Of a stretch of DNA of 64,000 nucleotides, positions 25,864-38,600 are shown in pieces. The position numbers and the translations under genes are program-made. This stretch comes from Gekko japonicus (lineage: Eukaryota). Numbering within the stretch: position 1 is the stretch's first letter; every line of letters starts with the position of its first letter. The stretch lies in NCBI RefSeq assembly GCF_001447785.1, contig NW_015173122.1, forward strand, positions 755,541 to 819,540. The letters run 5' to 3'. The notes under the pieces were generated by a model. It worked only from the letters and a program-made list of their open reading frames with translations, was not told where the DNA came from and searched no databases.

Positions 25864-26684
25864 TTAGGTAGCTATGGGGAGATGAATCAACCCAGAGACG
25901 TTCTCATACTTCGGCTCCCGGGACTCCTCCATGGAAGCATCTCCTCCAGCTTCCGCCTCTGGCTGGCCGTGGCTTTGGCCGTGACGCTGATTCTGTCCAG
26001 CCTCCTCGCAGGTAGGAGCCGGCAGGCTTCCCAGAAGGCCCTGGGCCTCAGGGGACTTGGATTCTAGGTCAGGCTTGCCTTGGGAGGGCTGCCCCTTAGT
26101 ACTTTGGTCTGAGTCTGAGGTCCTCTTGGGGGGCACCTGGAGGCCCTCCGTGCCCCGCCCGAGCTTGGGCCCCTCCCTCGGCAGGCTCCCCGGCTGTTGC
26201 TCTGGCCCTCTGCCCCTCCCGTCCCCTTTGCCCACCGTCACATAAATGGTAGTGAGACCTGGCTCTTTGCCCTGAGCAGACAGAGCTGCCTCCAGAGCTT
26301 CCACCCGCTGGGCCACGTGCCGGGAGCCGGAGACCCGTTTCCTGGGGCCGCCTGGGGTGCTCCGCGGAGAGGGCTTGTGGCCCTCCTCCGTCCACGAGCC
26401 GGCCTCCACGTTCTCATAACAGCACTCTGGCGGAGGGTCCTTTTCACCACCCTGGTGAAGCAAGGGAACTTGGGGGAAGCCCCAGGCCGCCTTTGGCTTC
26501 TGGGCGAGGTGGACGGTTTCTGCAGAGCCTCGGAGACTCTGAGGGACGAAGCAGGTGCCTTCGGCAAAGGACACGGAGGGTCGCTTGGCCTTGGCAATGC
26601 TGGACGTGCGAGGGATGGCAAAGGGTTCCAGGTTCAAGGCTGACACTTCGGGGAGGACGCCCGGCTGTGCCCCAGAGTCTGGAA
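25864..26684 (-). CDS. SCARF1: SCARF1 exon 11 (terminal coding exon, cytoplasmic tail)
   Basis: Acceptor tttctttcag|. Reads ..LEPFAIPRTSSIAKAKRPSVSFAEGT..VAQRVEALE..LTTIYVTVG..EPKYENVSGLIHLPIAT-stop (TAA at 25864-25866). Confidence 0.93.
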
Positions 26685-29600
26685 CTGAAAGAAAAGGGAG
26701 GGGTGGTCAGGAAGTGAAGATGAAGGAGACAAAGAAGAAGAAGACAATGAAGACGACGATGAAGAAGACGACGACTAAGAAAAAGCGGAAGGGATTGGAT
26801 TTATACCTCACCCTTCACTCGGAGTCTCAGAGGGGCTTACAGTCTCCTTCCCTTCCTCTGCCCACAACAGACACCCTGTGAGGTAGGTGAGACGCCCTGA
26901 GAGAGGTCTGAGAGAACTGTGACTGACCCAAGGCCACCCAGCTGGCTGCATGTGGAGGAGTGGGGAATCAGACCCGGTTCTCCAGATTAGAGTCCGCCGC
27001 TCCTAACCACCACACCAAACTGGCTCTTCCCTGGGGTTTAGAACCTGCAGTTAGGCAGTGGTTGGGTGGAACTGTGAGGCATGCTGCCATCTGGGACCCC
27101 AAAGACTTTGGATACTTTGGCGGGGGAAGAGGCAGAAGGCAGAAAGCTGAAGCAAGGCCTTGGCACCTTTCTGCATCACACAAGGAGCCAGTTACAATGT
27201 GAGCCCAGCAGAGGTAAAGGTATAGGTTTCCCTTGTTCAAAAGCCAGTCAAATCCGACTCTAGGGATCCGGTGCTCATCTCCGTTTCCAAGCCAAAGAGC
27301 CAGCGCTGTCCAAAGACGTTTCCGTGGTCATGTGGCCGGCATGACTAGATGCCGAGGTGCACAGAACGCTGTTACCTTCCCACCGAAGGTGATACCTAGT
27401 TATCTACTTGCAATTTCTTGCTTTTGAAGGCTAGGTTGGCAGGAGCTGGAACTAGAGATGGGAGCTCACTCCGTCATGCGGCACTCGGGTCTCGAACTGC
27501 TGATCTACCAACCTTCCAGTCTGCAGTTCAGCATCTTGACCACTTGAGCCACTGCACCCCCTGAGCCCAGCAGAGGGAAGGTACCAAATTTCAGGTGGCA
27601 CCTGGACATCTCCCAATATTACAGTTGACCTCCAAATGGCAGAGATCAGTTCCACTGGAGAAAATGGCTGGATCCAAGGCATTACCTCTGCTGAAGTCCA
27701 TTCCTTCCCCAGACCCTGCCCTCCCAAGGCTCCACCCCCAAAATTTCCAGGTACTTCCCAACCCAGAGCTGACAACTCTAGCAGAGGGAAATGACCCTTA
27801 CACACAATGGAAAACAAATCAGCCAGTATCATAATGCCCCTGTATGAATCGATGGTGCGACTTCATTTGGAATACTGTGTGCAATTCTGGTCACCACACC
27901 TCAGAAAGGATATTATAGCATTGGGAATAAGTGCAGAAAAGGGCAACTAGAATGATAAAAGGGTTGGAACCAGTGTTCCCTCTAAGCTGAGTTAGTGTGA
28001 GCTGGCTCACAGGTTTTTAGCCTCCAGCTCACAGATTTTTGTCTTAGCTCAGGAAGGACGGCTCCAGAGCAAACTAATGTATGCAGTAGTCAAATCGTCT
28101 GCTCACAACTTTAATGCGAGTAGCTCACAAAATAGCCTTTTTGCTCACAAGGCTCTGCAGCTTAGAGGGAACATTGGTTGGAACACTTTCCCTATGAAGA
28201 AAGGTTGAAGCGCTTGGGGCTCTTTAGCTTGGAGAAACGACGGCTGAGGGGTGACATGATCAAGGTTTATAAGATTATGTGTGGGATAGAGCAGGTCGAG
28301 AAAGAAGTCCTTTTCTCCCTTTCTCACAATACAAGAACTCGTGGGCACTCAATGAAATTGCTGAGCGGTCGGGTTGGAACAGATAAAAGGAAGTACTTCT
28401 GCACCCAAAGAGTGATTAACACATGGAATTCACTGCCACAGGAGGGGGCTGCAGCTACAAGCATGGACAGCTTCAAGAGGGAATTGGATAAACATCTGGA
28501 GCAGAGATCCATCAGTGGCTATTAGCCACAAGGTATAGATAGGAGCTCTCAATCTGGAGCAGGTGATGCTCTGTATTCTTGGTGCTTGGGGGGGGGAGCA
28601 ACAGTGGGAGGGCTTCCGGCCCCACTCCTGGACCTCCTGATGGCACCTGGTATTTTTGGCCACTGTGTGACAGAGTGTTGGACTGGACGGGCCATTGGCC
28701 TGATCCAACATTTGGCTTCTCTTATGTTCTTATGTACCTGCATCGGTAGGGAGGTGGCAGGCCGGTGCTTCATCCTCATCTGTGTCGGAGAAGGAGCTGT
28801 CCATGGGCCAGGCAGCGGAAGGGGGCTCCAGGAAGCTGGGGGTGAAGGGGATCTCTGCATCGTGGTGGGAGACTGCCCGGGTGGGAAGGAGAGAGGCAAA
28901 GAAGAAAAGGGAGAGTGAGCACAGTCGGGTCAGAAGGCCCTTTCCCTGCAGCTCCCCAAGCGTGGGCAGCTTCTCCTGCCCACTCCACTTCAGATCTTGC
29001 CAGCCAAGGAGGAGGCCGCCAGTCATGTCTTGCCTGTGGAATGTGCCCTGTCAGCTTGTGGGACCTCCAGGGAAGGTCAGACTTGTTTGTGCTGGGGAAC
29101 AGCCACAAGTGCCAGCTCTGCAGGTGCAAGATTCAGTTTCCTGATCGGCCAGGGAAAGGGTGGGGTGGGGGGTAAAGTATGCTTTGCTCCTGCTCCTAAG
29201 TAGCCAGAGTAAAATAAATTACACAACGTAAGCAGAAATATATCGATTTGCTTATGATGAGCCGGTGCGTGGGTCACAAATGGGATCATGGTTCAGATCT
29301 CTTCTCAGCGCAGATTGCTGTGAGAATAGAAAGAAAGGACCCACTCAGGTGTCAAATGAATCAATGAAACTGTCTAACACTGAACCGGGCCATCAGGACC
29401 AGGTATGAATAAATATTCTAATCTGATCTGGTAAGAAGAAGCAGGGGAAGAAGAGAGAAAGGGGAGAGGAGGAAGAAAAAAGGCGAAGGAAAAAGGAAGA
29501 CATGTACGAAGTTGAGCCAAAACCTGCAGTTTTCTGCAAGGAAATCTGTTTATTCGATTTCCACTTTGCCCTTTCTGAAAGGGTCTTAGGGAGGGGCCGT

Positions 29601-32600
29601 GGTTCAGTGGTAGAGCGTCTCCCTTGAACGCAGAAGGTCCCAGGTTCAATCCCCAGCATCCCCAATTAAAAAGGATCAGGCAGCTGGTGATGAGGAAAAC
29701 CTCAGCCAGAGACCCTGGAGAGCCACTGCCAGTCTGAGTAGGCAAGACTGACCTTGACGGGACCAATGGTCTGATTCAGTGTAAAGCAGAACAAAGTGTG
29801 AGTCCGGTGGCACCTTTAAGACCAACAAAGTTTTATTCAAGGCTCATGAAAGCTCATACCTTGAATACAACTCTGTTGGTCTTAAAAGATGCCACTGGAC
29901 TCAAACTTTGTTCTACTGCTTCAGACCAACAGGGCTGCCCACCGGAATCAGTATAGGCCGTTTTCATGTGTGTTCATGTGACCTACTTGGCTGGGGCCCA
30001 ATCCGGTTGGGTCACTGGAGCACAGCGCCTGATGCTGCCCTGGCCCAGAGCGCCACCTGCTGGTCCACCTCTCTCAAGATTCTCAGGCTCATCTCAGCTC
30101 TTGCAGGGCCAGGGCTTCTGTCCTTATCAGGCCAGCCACAATCGATGCCCCAAGACACGCCGACTTTTCCACACAGTTTTAGAGGCTGTGAATATGCGCT
30201 TGACCTTTCTCACATGTATGTTTACAACGAATACTGAGTTCGGTTACTCAGCCCAGGCCTGGCCACAGGAGACACTGGACTCCAGACTCTCTTCTCACCT
30301 GTCACCCGTGGAAGCTTGTAGCCCCCCAAAGAGAAGCAGGGGAAGGTGGAGTGGAGGTTAGCCAGCGCCCCCTGCACATGGTGCTTCACCTGGGAGACTG
30401 GGTCCCCATCTGCAGCGGCCACCCTAGGAGAGGAAATTAACAGACATGGATTTCACACCAACAGTGCACCAGGAATACAGGAGGTAACATAACTCTTTCT
30501 GCCGCTCCAATGCTTTTCTGCCACAGGGAACCAGAACAGGTGGTATGGGCCCAATTTTACCCCCCCCATCCTCCCTGAATGTACAGGGGTGTGGATATGA
30601 TTGACTACTCCTCTGTTCAAAAATTCTTTCACGTAGAAATCTAGCCTGCTTCTTGGCATGCTGCTTTTCCACAGGCAGGGAATTTTGTGCATGGAGAGAC
30701 ATTCCATCCTCCATTTTAAAATCCTTTCATGTAGAAATCTAGCCTGCTTTTTGGCGTGCTGCTTTCCCACAGACAGGGAATTTTGTGCATGGAGAGACAT
30801 TCCATTCTCCGTTTAAAAATCCTTTCATGTAGAAATCTAGCTTGCTTTTGGCGGGCCACCTTTCCACATGCAGGGAATTTTGTGCATGGAGAAACATTCC
30901 ATTCTCCATTTAAAAATCCTTTCATATAGAAACCTAGCCTGCTTTTTGGCATGCTACGTTTCCACATGCAGGGGATTTTGTGCATGGAGAAACATTCCAT
31001 CTGTTTAAAAATCCTTTCATGTAGAAAACTAGCCTGCTTTTTGGCATGCTGCTTTTCCACATGCAGGGAATTTTACACACGGTGACACATTCCATCCTGC
31101 CTGGTCTCTTTCTGAACTCAGGCCAGGCACCTGAGCACCTCCATTGTTGCCCCTACCCACCTGGCTACCTGTCCAGTTTGCTGACAGAGGTGTTTTCTAC
31201 ATGCCAAAGGTTCTATACACCAAAGCTTCTGAAACTGCCAGTTCAATGCAGTGGCAATATGGCTTCCATGTGCCCCACATTTCCCCTGCCCCAGACCTCT
31301 ATGTCAGCCTCTCCCTGCCAGCAGCACCACTGGGTGTCTTTTTTTAAAAAACTGGTTAACTGTCAAGTCTCTATAGCTTTTTAACACTATAGCAATTTGC
31401 CAACTCCAAGTCAAGAGCTGGGTAACAGCACAGCATGTGACAAGGGGGGGGGGTGGATCCCATTACACTTCCCCGCCCCTACTCTCAGAGGAAATGGCCC
31501 CAATGTGGATGGGACAGGGAAGGATCTAGCTTTTCTCATCCACCCGGCTTTGCTGAGTTCTTTTTGAAAAGATCGTAGTAAAGCAGGTTTAAGAGAGCAG
31601 AAAAACTGGAAAGTGCTTGAAAGTACCATGATGCCATGTGGAAGTGGGAATGAACCCATTTCCTGTTAGCACTGGAGGCAGAACAAATGCTCAGTGTAGA
31701 AGTGAGGACAGACAGCAACCTATGAGCTGACAAGGGGCACTGGCCACTGGAAGCTAAGCAGCGTCAGCCCTGGTCAATATTTGGATGGGAGAGCACTGCA
31801 GAAGTCCAGGGTTGTGAGGCAGAGGCAGGCCATGGCAAACTTCCTCTGTTAGTTCCTAGCCTTGAAAACCCTACAGATTCACCATAAGTCAGCTGCGACT
31901 TGACAGCAAAACAAAACAAAACAACAGTAGCCCAAATCTGGCGCCTAGTGATGCACCACTTAATCCATAAATTGCCACCTAATCTCCCCCCCCCCCCCCC
32001 CCCCCCAATTCCTCCTGTCTGTAGAGAAAAATACGGTAGGAGGACAAAGGTATGGGAAAAGATGTTGGATATTGTAATTCTGCATGCAAGAGGATCTGGC
32101 CGCACTGGTGGACCTCTTGAGGGACCCTGGTTTTTGGCTACTGCGTGACACAGAGTGTTGGACTGGACGGGCCATTAGCCTGATGCAACATGGCTTCTCT
32201 TCTGTTCTTATGTTCTATGGTTACACTTGGCAGTTGACCCCAACCTCTCATCAGTTAGATGCTTAGCCTCTTTGGCCATGGATTGCCTTCTGTTTTTCAT
32301 CTTATATGAGACCTTCTCTCTCTTAACTGGGATTGGAGCTGTAGCAAGTTAACCTTTTTTACAGTTAATCTGTTCACAATAAGTTAAATGTACCTACATG
32401 AACATGTCATGTAAGATGTGCTTCTATATTTGTAAGTAAAATTTCTTTCTCTTGTTACCATTGGAGTCAGATCATCTTTGTAATTTGTTTGAACAGCATT
32501 TCCCCCTTCACTGGGAAACGTGGAGGATCGGGGATACTGCGTAAAGCTTCGGTGCTTCTAAAGCAAATGATTTATTTATTTTTACATTTAACCCAATAGA

Positions 32601-35600
32601 AGAAGGGGAGGATCTGTGGTGCTCCCTTTTGACTGCTGTCTCCACTGTAATTTAGCCCCTCTAAGTGTTTTAGATAAGGGCTTCACACAGCACCTGGCGC
32701 AGTTGGTGGCTCGATGCAAGTACCTGTCATTGGTGGCCATTGGAGCTGATCGGCAGCAGAAGCAGCAGCAGATGCAGAGCAGGAGGAGCAGCAGCAGTGG
32801 GGTCAGGATGCCCGCTAGAAGGACTTCTTGCCTCTTGCCTCCTGGAGGAAGAACGGAAGTCAGACAGAGCAGGGAACATAACCCCCAGCGATGTGGCTGG
32901 TCCAGGATCCCAGGAGGCACTAGCCACCTCCACACTGCAAATTCAAACCAGGGACAGCCCCAGGTCCCACGAGAGACAAAAGGTCACTTACTCCACTGGC
33001 AGGCCCCAGAAGATGGGTGGCACAGGCCCCCAGGGCAATGGCAGACCTCGGAGCAGTTAGGCCCATAAAACCCATCCGGGCAGGTCTGGTTGCAGCTGCA
33101 AGGAGACAGAATGACATGGCAAGTTCCCAGTTGCAGCCAAGCAGCCTGGGCAATGGCACTGCCCCACCCACCTCCATACACCCCTTTTACCTAGTGCCCC
33201 GGTACCCGGGCTGGCACACACACGCCCCAGACACTGGATCACAGCTCCCGTTGAAGCAGCTTGGACAGACAAGGAGGCAGCCTTTCCCAAACAAGCCGGG
33301 GGGACAGGGCAAGTCACACCTGTGGGGAGAGAGAGGGGGCGGGAGAGAGTCTTGTTCCTCAAAGTGACTGGACTATGTTGCTACTACTCTACTATGTTCT
33401 GGGGTGGGGGGGGAGCCCTTGTTGGAGGGCCACACCAAACAGCTGAACCTGCACCTCCATCCCATCACACCCTCCCTGGCCTCTGCCCTGCCTCCTTGTG
33501 AGACCGTGCATGCATAGAGTTGCCTCCAGCTATCGTATAGGTGGGGCGGGGCCTAGGCCCCCATTTTTAGGGGCAAACTGGGTCCCTACCTGGCACCTCA
33601 GAAGCCTGGTCCAGTTCCGGCCTAGGCCCCCATTTTTAGGGGCAAACTGGGTCCCTACCTGGCACCTCAGAAGCCTGGTCCAGTTCCGGCCTAGGCCCCC
33701 ATTTTTAGGGGCAAACTGGGTCCCTACCTGGCACCTCAGAAGCCTGGTCCAGTTCCGGCCTAGGCCCCCATTTTTAGGGGCAAACTGGGTCCCTACCTGG
33801 CACCTCAGAAGCCTGGTCCAGTTCCGGCCTAGGCCCCCATTTTTAGGGGCAAACTGGGTCCCTACCTGGCACCTCAGAAGCCTGGTCCAGTTCCGGCCTA
33901 GGCCCCCATTTTTAGGGGCAAACTGGGTCCCTACCTGGCACCTCAGAAGCCTGGTCCAGTTCCGGCCTAGGCCCCCATTTTTAGGGGCAAACTGGGTCCC
34001 TACCTGGCGCCTCGGAAGCCTCATCCAATGTTCCAGCCTAGGCCCCCATTTTGAGAGGCAAACTGGGTCCCTACCTGGCGCCTCGGAAGCCTCATCCAAT
34101 GTTCCAGCCTAGGCCCCCATTTTGAGAGGCAAACTGAGTCCCTACCTGGCGTCTCTGAAGCCTAGTTCACAGTTCCGGCCTGGGCCCCCATTTTGAGAGG
34201 CAAACTGGGTCCCTACCTGGCGTCTCGGAAGCCTAGTTCAGTTCCGGCCTAGGCCACCATTTTGAGGGGCGAACGGGGTCCCTACCTGCTGCCTCGGAAG
34301 CCTGGTACACAGTTCCGGCCTAGGCCACCATTTTGAGGGGCGAACGGGGTCCCTACCTGCTGCCTCGGAAGCCTGGTACACAGTTCCGGCCTAGGCCACC
34401 ATTTTGAGGGGCGAACGGGGTCCCTACCTGCTGCCTCGGAAGCCTGGTACACAGTTCCGGCCTAGGCCACCATTTTGAGGGGCGAACGGGGTCCCTACCT
34501 GCTGCCTCGGAAGCCTGGTACACAGTTCCGGCCTAGGCCACCATTTTGAGGGGCGAACGGGGTCCCTACCTGCTGCCTCGGAAGCCTGGTACACAGTTCC
34601 GGCCTAGGCCACCATTTTGAGGGGCGAACGGGGTCCCTACCTGCTGCCTCGGAAGCCTGGTACACAGTTCCGGCCTAGGCCACCATTTTGAGGGGCGAAC
34701 GGGGTCCCTACCTGCTGCCTCGGAAGCCTGGTACACAGTTCCGGCCTAGGCCACCATTTTGAGGGGCGAACGGGGTCCCTACCTGCTGCCTCGGAAGCCT
34801 GGTACACAGTTCCGGCCTAGGCCACCATTTTGAGGGGCGAACGGGGTCCCTACCTGCTGCCTCGGAAGCCTGGTACACAGTTCCGGCCTAGGCCACCATT
34901 TTGAGGGAAGAACGGGGTCCCTACCTGGCGCCTCGGAAGCCTGGTTCACAGTTCCGGCATTCCCCCGTTTGGGGGTGACAAGCCTCCCCTTGGTAGCAGC
35001 GGGGGCAGAGCTCTGCACAGTTATCCCCATAGCGCCCCAGGAGGCAGAGTTGATTGCAGCGGGTCCCATTCCAGCCAGCATCACAGGCCAAGCAGAATCC
35101 ATCTACCGGAGAGCAAGGCTGTCTCTGCTTGCAGTGGCCGCAGCTGTGTGGGTAGAGAGGAAGAGTGGTCAGCCAACCCCCCCAGGCACTGGTGTGGGAT
35201 GGGGGGTAGGGTTGCCAGATCCAGGTTGAGAAACTCCTGGAGATTTGGGGGATGGAGCCTGGGGAGGACCAAGACCTCAGTGGGGCCCAGTGCCATAGAG
35301 TCCATCCTCCAAAGCATCCATTTTCTCCAGGGGAACTGATCTCTGTGCTCTGGAGATGAGGTATAATTCTGGGGGATCTCCAGGTTCCACCTAGAAGCTG
35401 GCATCCCTAGCCTCGCAGCTTCAGCGGGATCAGTGCCACAAATGACATCTGCTGGGCCAAGGTGTGCTTTAAAAACAGGGCGATCTCGGAAGCTAAGCAG
35501 GGCTGACCCTGGCAAGTAATTGGAAGGGAGACCTCCCACTGCTGGACCTCCTGATGGCACTGGTATTTCTGGCGACTCTGTGACACAGAATGTTGGACTG

Positions 35601-38600
35601 GATGGGCCTTTGGCCTGATCCAACATTGGCGTCTCTTATGTTCTTATATTCAAGGAATACCAGGGCCAGGACGCAGAGGCAGGCAACCAAGCCACCTCTC
35701 TGAAACGTTTAAAAACTCCACTAGGGGTCGCCATGACTTCCAGACATGCAAGCACATACATACACACACACACAAACCGCCCCCCCCAAAAAGAGGGCAA
35801 GCTTTCTAGTGCCTTCCTCAGGGAACATGAGTAGAGAATTGCTGTGTATGCTGCTGCTTCACAAGACTTCCCGTTCTGTAATCGGACACATGAAGCTGCC
35901 TTATACTGAATCAGACTCACCCCTGGACCATCAAGGTTAGTATTGTCTACTCAGACTGGCAGCGGCTCTCCAGGGTCTCAGGTGGAGGTCTGTCACTTCC
36001 TACTTTGTCCTTTTAACTGGAGATGCTGGGTACTGAACCAACTGGAGACCTTCTGCGTGCAAAGAGCCATGGCCCCTCCCCAGATCTAAGAATCCTCGTC
36101 ATGCAGTCTCGTCCCATTCAGACCAATGGGCATTCTGCATCTATTTTTGCAACTGGATCGCCATGCCTCTTTGCCTCTGCAGAGGGGCCAGCCCAGGGTC
36201 ACCAGTTCTGTGTCTGGGGGTCGAAACAGAGTGTCTTTTTCTGGCCACTCACCTGTATCTGCACTGCAGCCCAAAGGTCCCAGCAGGACAGGGGTCCGTA
36301 CACCTCTGGCCCTGGTAGCCGGCATCACATGTGCACTGTCCGTCTTGGGGGCTGCAGGTCCCATGCAAGCACTGGCACTGCTGCTGGCAGGATGGCCCCC
36401 ACGTCCCTGCCCTGCACTCACATCGGCCAGTCTCCTGGGCACAGGGTGAATGGTTGCAGTGGCAGGGAGAGGAGCACTTCCTGCCCCACCATCCAGGGTC
36501 GCAGAGGCAGCGACCAGTCGCTGGGTCACAACGAGAGCCGGCCAGGTTGCACTGGCACTGCTTCTTGCAGTCCGGCGCCCACCAGCCTTGCTTGCAGTGG
36601 CAGGTTCCAGTGAGGGGGTTGCAGTGGCCATGGGGGCCACACTGGCAGGCAAACTGGCACAGCGCCCCCCAGCGGCCGGGGTGACAGGTGCACTCTCCAC
36701 TGGCTGGATCACACTTCCCGTAGGGATAGCAAAGGCAGCGCTCTTTGCAGTCGGGGGCCCAGTATTCATCAGGGCAACCTGCACGGGAATGGAGATTGTG
36801 AGAAGGAACCACGGGGAGGGTCCTGCAGTCCTCGACTCCACCGAATGGCAGCCTCCAAACTGGAAGCCAGAATAGAAGGAATTTTATTTTTTTTATTTCA
36901 CTTTTACCCCGCCCTCCCTGCCAGGCGGGCTCAGGGCGGCTTCCAAAAACTGATAAGCAGTATACATTTTGCAGTAATAGAATAAAATACATCATTTAAA
37001 AACATAGACAAGTCAATATAAAACATTCATTCGATGGCGATAAAAATAAAGTGCAGTTCAGGGACACATTCAGCGGTGCCACCGCATTAGGTCATGTTGG
37101 ATCGGAGTTCACACAGGGCACTGCTGGTAGGACGTCGCTCCTAGCGGAACGCCTGCCTAAAAAGTTCTGTTTTCACGGCCCTGCGGAACTGTGACAAGGA
37201 AGGACCAAAGAAAGATGACGGGTATCAGTCTGCCTATTGGGGTATCTATACCCCATTTTTCTCCCCAGTGGGAACCCAAAGCAGCGTACAACATCCGGCT
37301 TGCCTCCTTCATTTTATCCTCACAACAATTTTACATAAGAACATCAGAAGAGCCCTGCTGGATCAGACCAGTGGTCCATCTAGTCCAGCATCCTGTCTCA
37401 CACAGTGGCCAACCAATTTCTCTGGAGGGACAACAACAGGGCACTGAGGCTGAGACGTTCCCCTGATGTTACCTCCTGGCCAGTGTTCCCTCTAAGCTGA
37501 GTTAGTGTGAGCTAGCTCACAGTTTTTTAGCCTCCGGCTCACACATTTTTGTCTTAGTTCAGGAAGGAATTTATGCAGTAGCCAAATCACTTGCTCAAAA
37601 CTTTAATGCCAGTAGCTCACAAAAGTAGAATTTTTGCTCACTCCACAGCTTAGAGCAGGGGTGTCGAACTCATTTGTTATGAGGGCCAGATCTGGCATAA
37701 ATGACACCTTGTTGGGCAGCGCCATGTGTGTCATAAAATGTAATGCCAGGTAGCGGAGATATAAACTTTATAAAGAACACAAACACAAAGGAGATTTTTT
37801 AAAATTTAAAATAAAAACACACTTAAAACATTAGCACTCCTGCAATATTTTGTTTATTTAACAATGTCTGATAACTGACTGAATTATTGCATCAAAATGT
37901 CTGTGCTGTTGCAATCTTGCTGTTCAGGTGTGTATCCGTAAGCTGCAAACCTACAATGACGCAGCAGCAGCAGAACTGGAAGAAGAAGCAGAAGACAGCC
38001 AGTTCCACTGGGCCTCATAGAAGCCCTCCGGGGGCCTGATCCGGCCCCCAGGCCGCATGTTTGACACCCCTGGCTTAGAGGGAGCATTGCTCTTGGCCCT
38101 GGGATACAGAGGTTTAATACCTCTGAATGTAGAGGTTCCCCTCAGTCACCAAGGCTAGTAGCCATTGATAGACTTATCCTCCATGAATCTACCTAATCCC
38201 CTTTTAAAGCTGTTTATTCCTGTGGCCATCACTACAATTTTAAAATAAATTTTATTGGTTTTCACTTTATTTATAGCCCACTTTTCTCACTGAGACTTAT
38301 GGTGGGTGACACACAATGTTCCCTCTAAGCTGTGGAGTCTTGTGAGCAAAAATTCTACTTTGTGAGCTCCTGGTATTAAAGTGTGCGATATGGCTACCGC
38401 ATAAATTAGTTTGCTCTGGAGGCATCCAAAAATCTGTGAGCCGGAGGCTTAAAAACTGTGAGCTAGCTCACACTAACTCAGCTTAGAGGGAACACTGGAC
38501 CAGAATCTTCCATGTTGGAACCAGGGGTTTCCCAGGCCCTACTCCTGTCAAGCTCAGGCCACACTCAAGTTAACTTTTGTTTCTTTAGGTCTCGCTTTTC

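Noticed and set aside
33498-34112. 204-aa and 189-aa repetitive ORFs, and a CRISPR-like look of the array
   Set aside because: The ORFs arise because the 69-bp unit is a multiple of three. There are no unique spacers or cas genes, and the DNA is a vertebrate intron.
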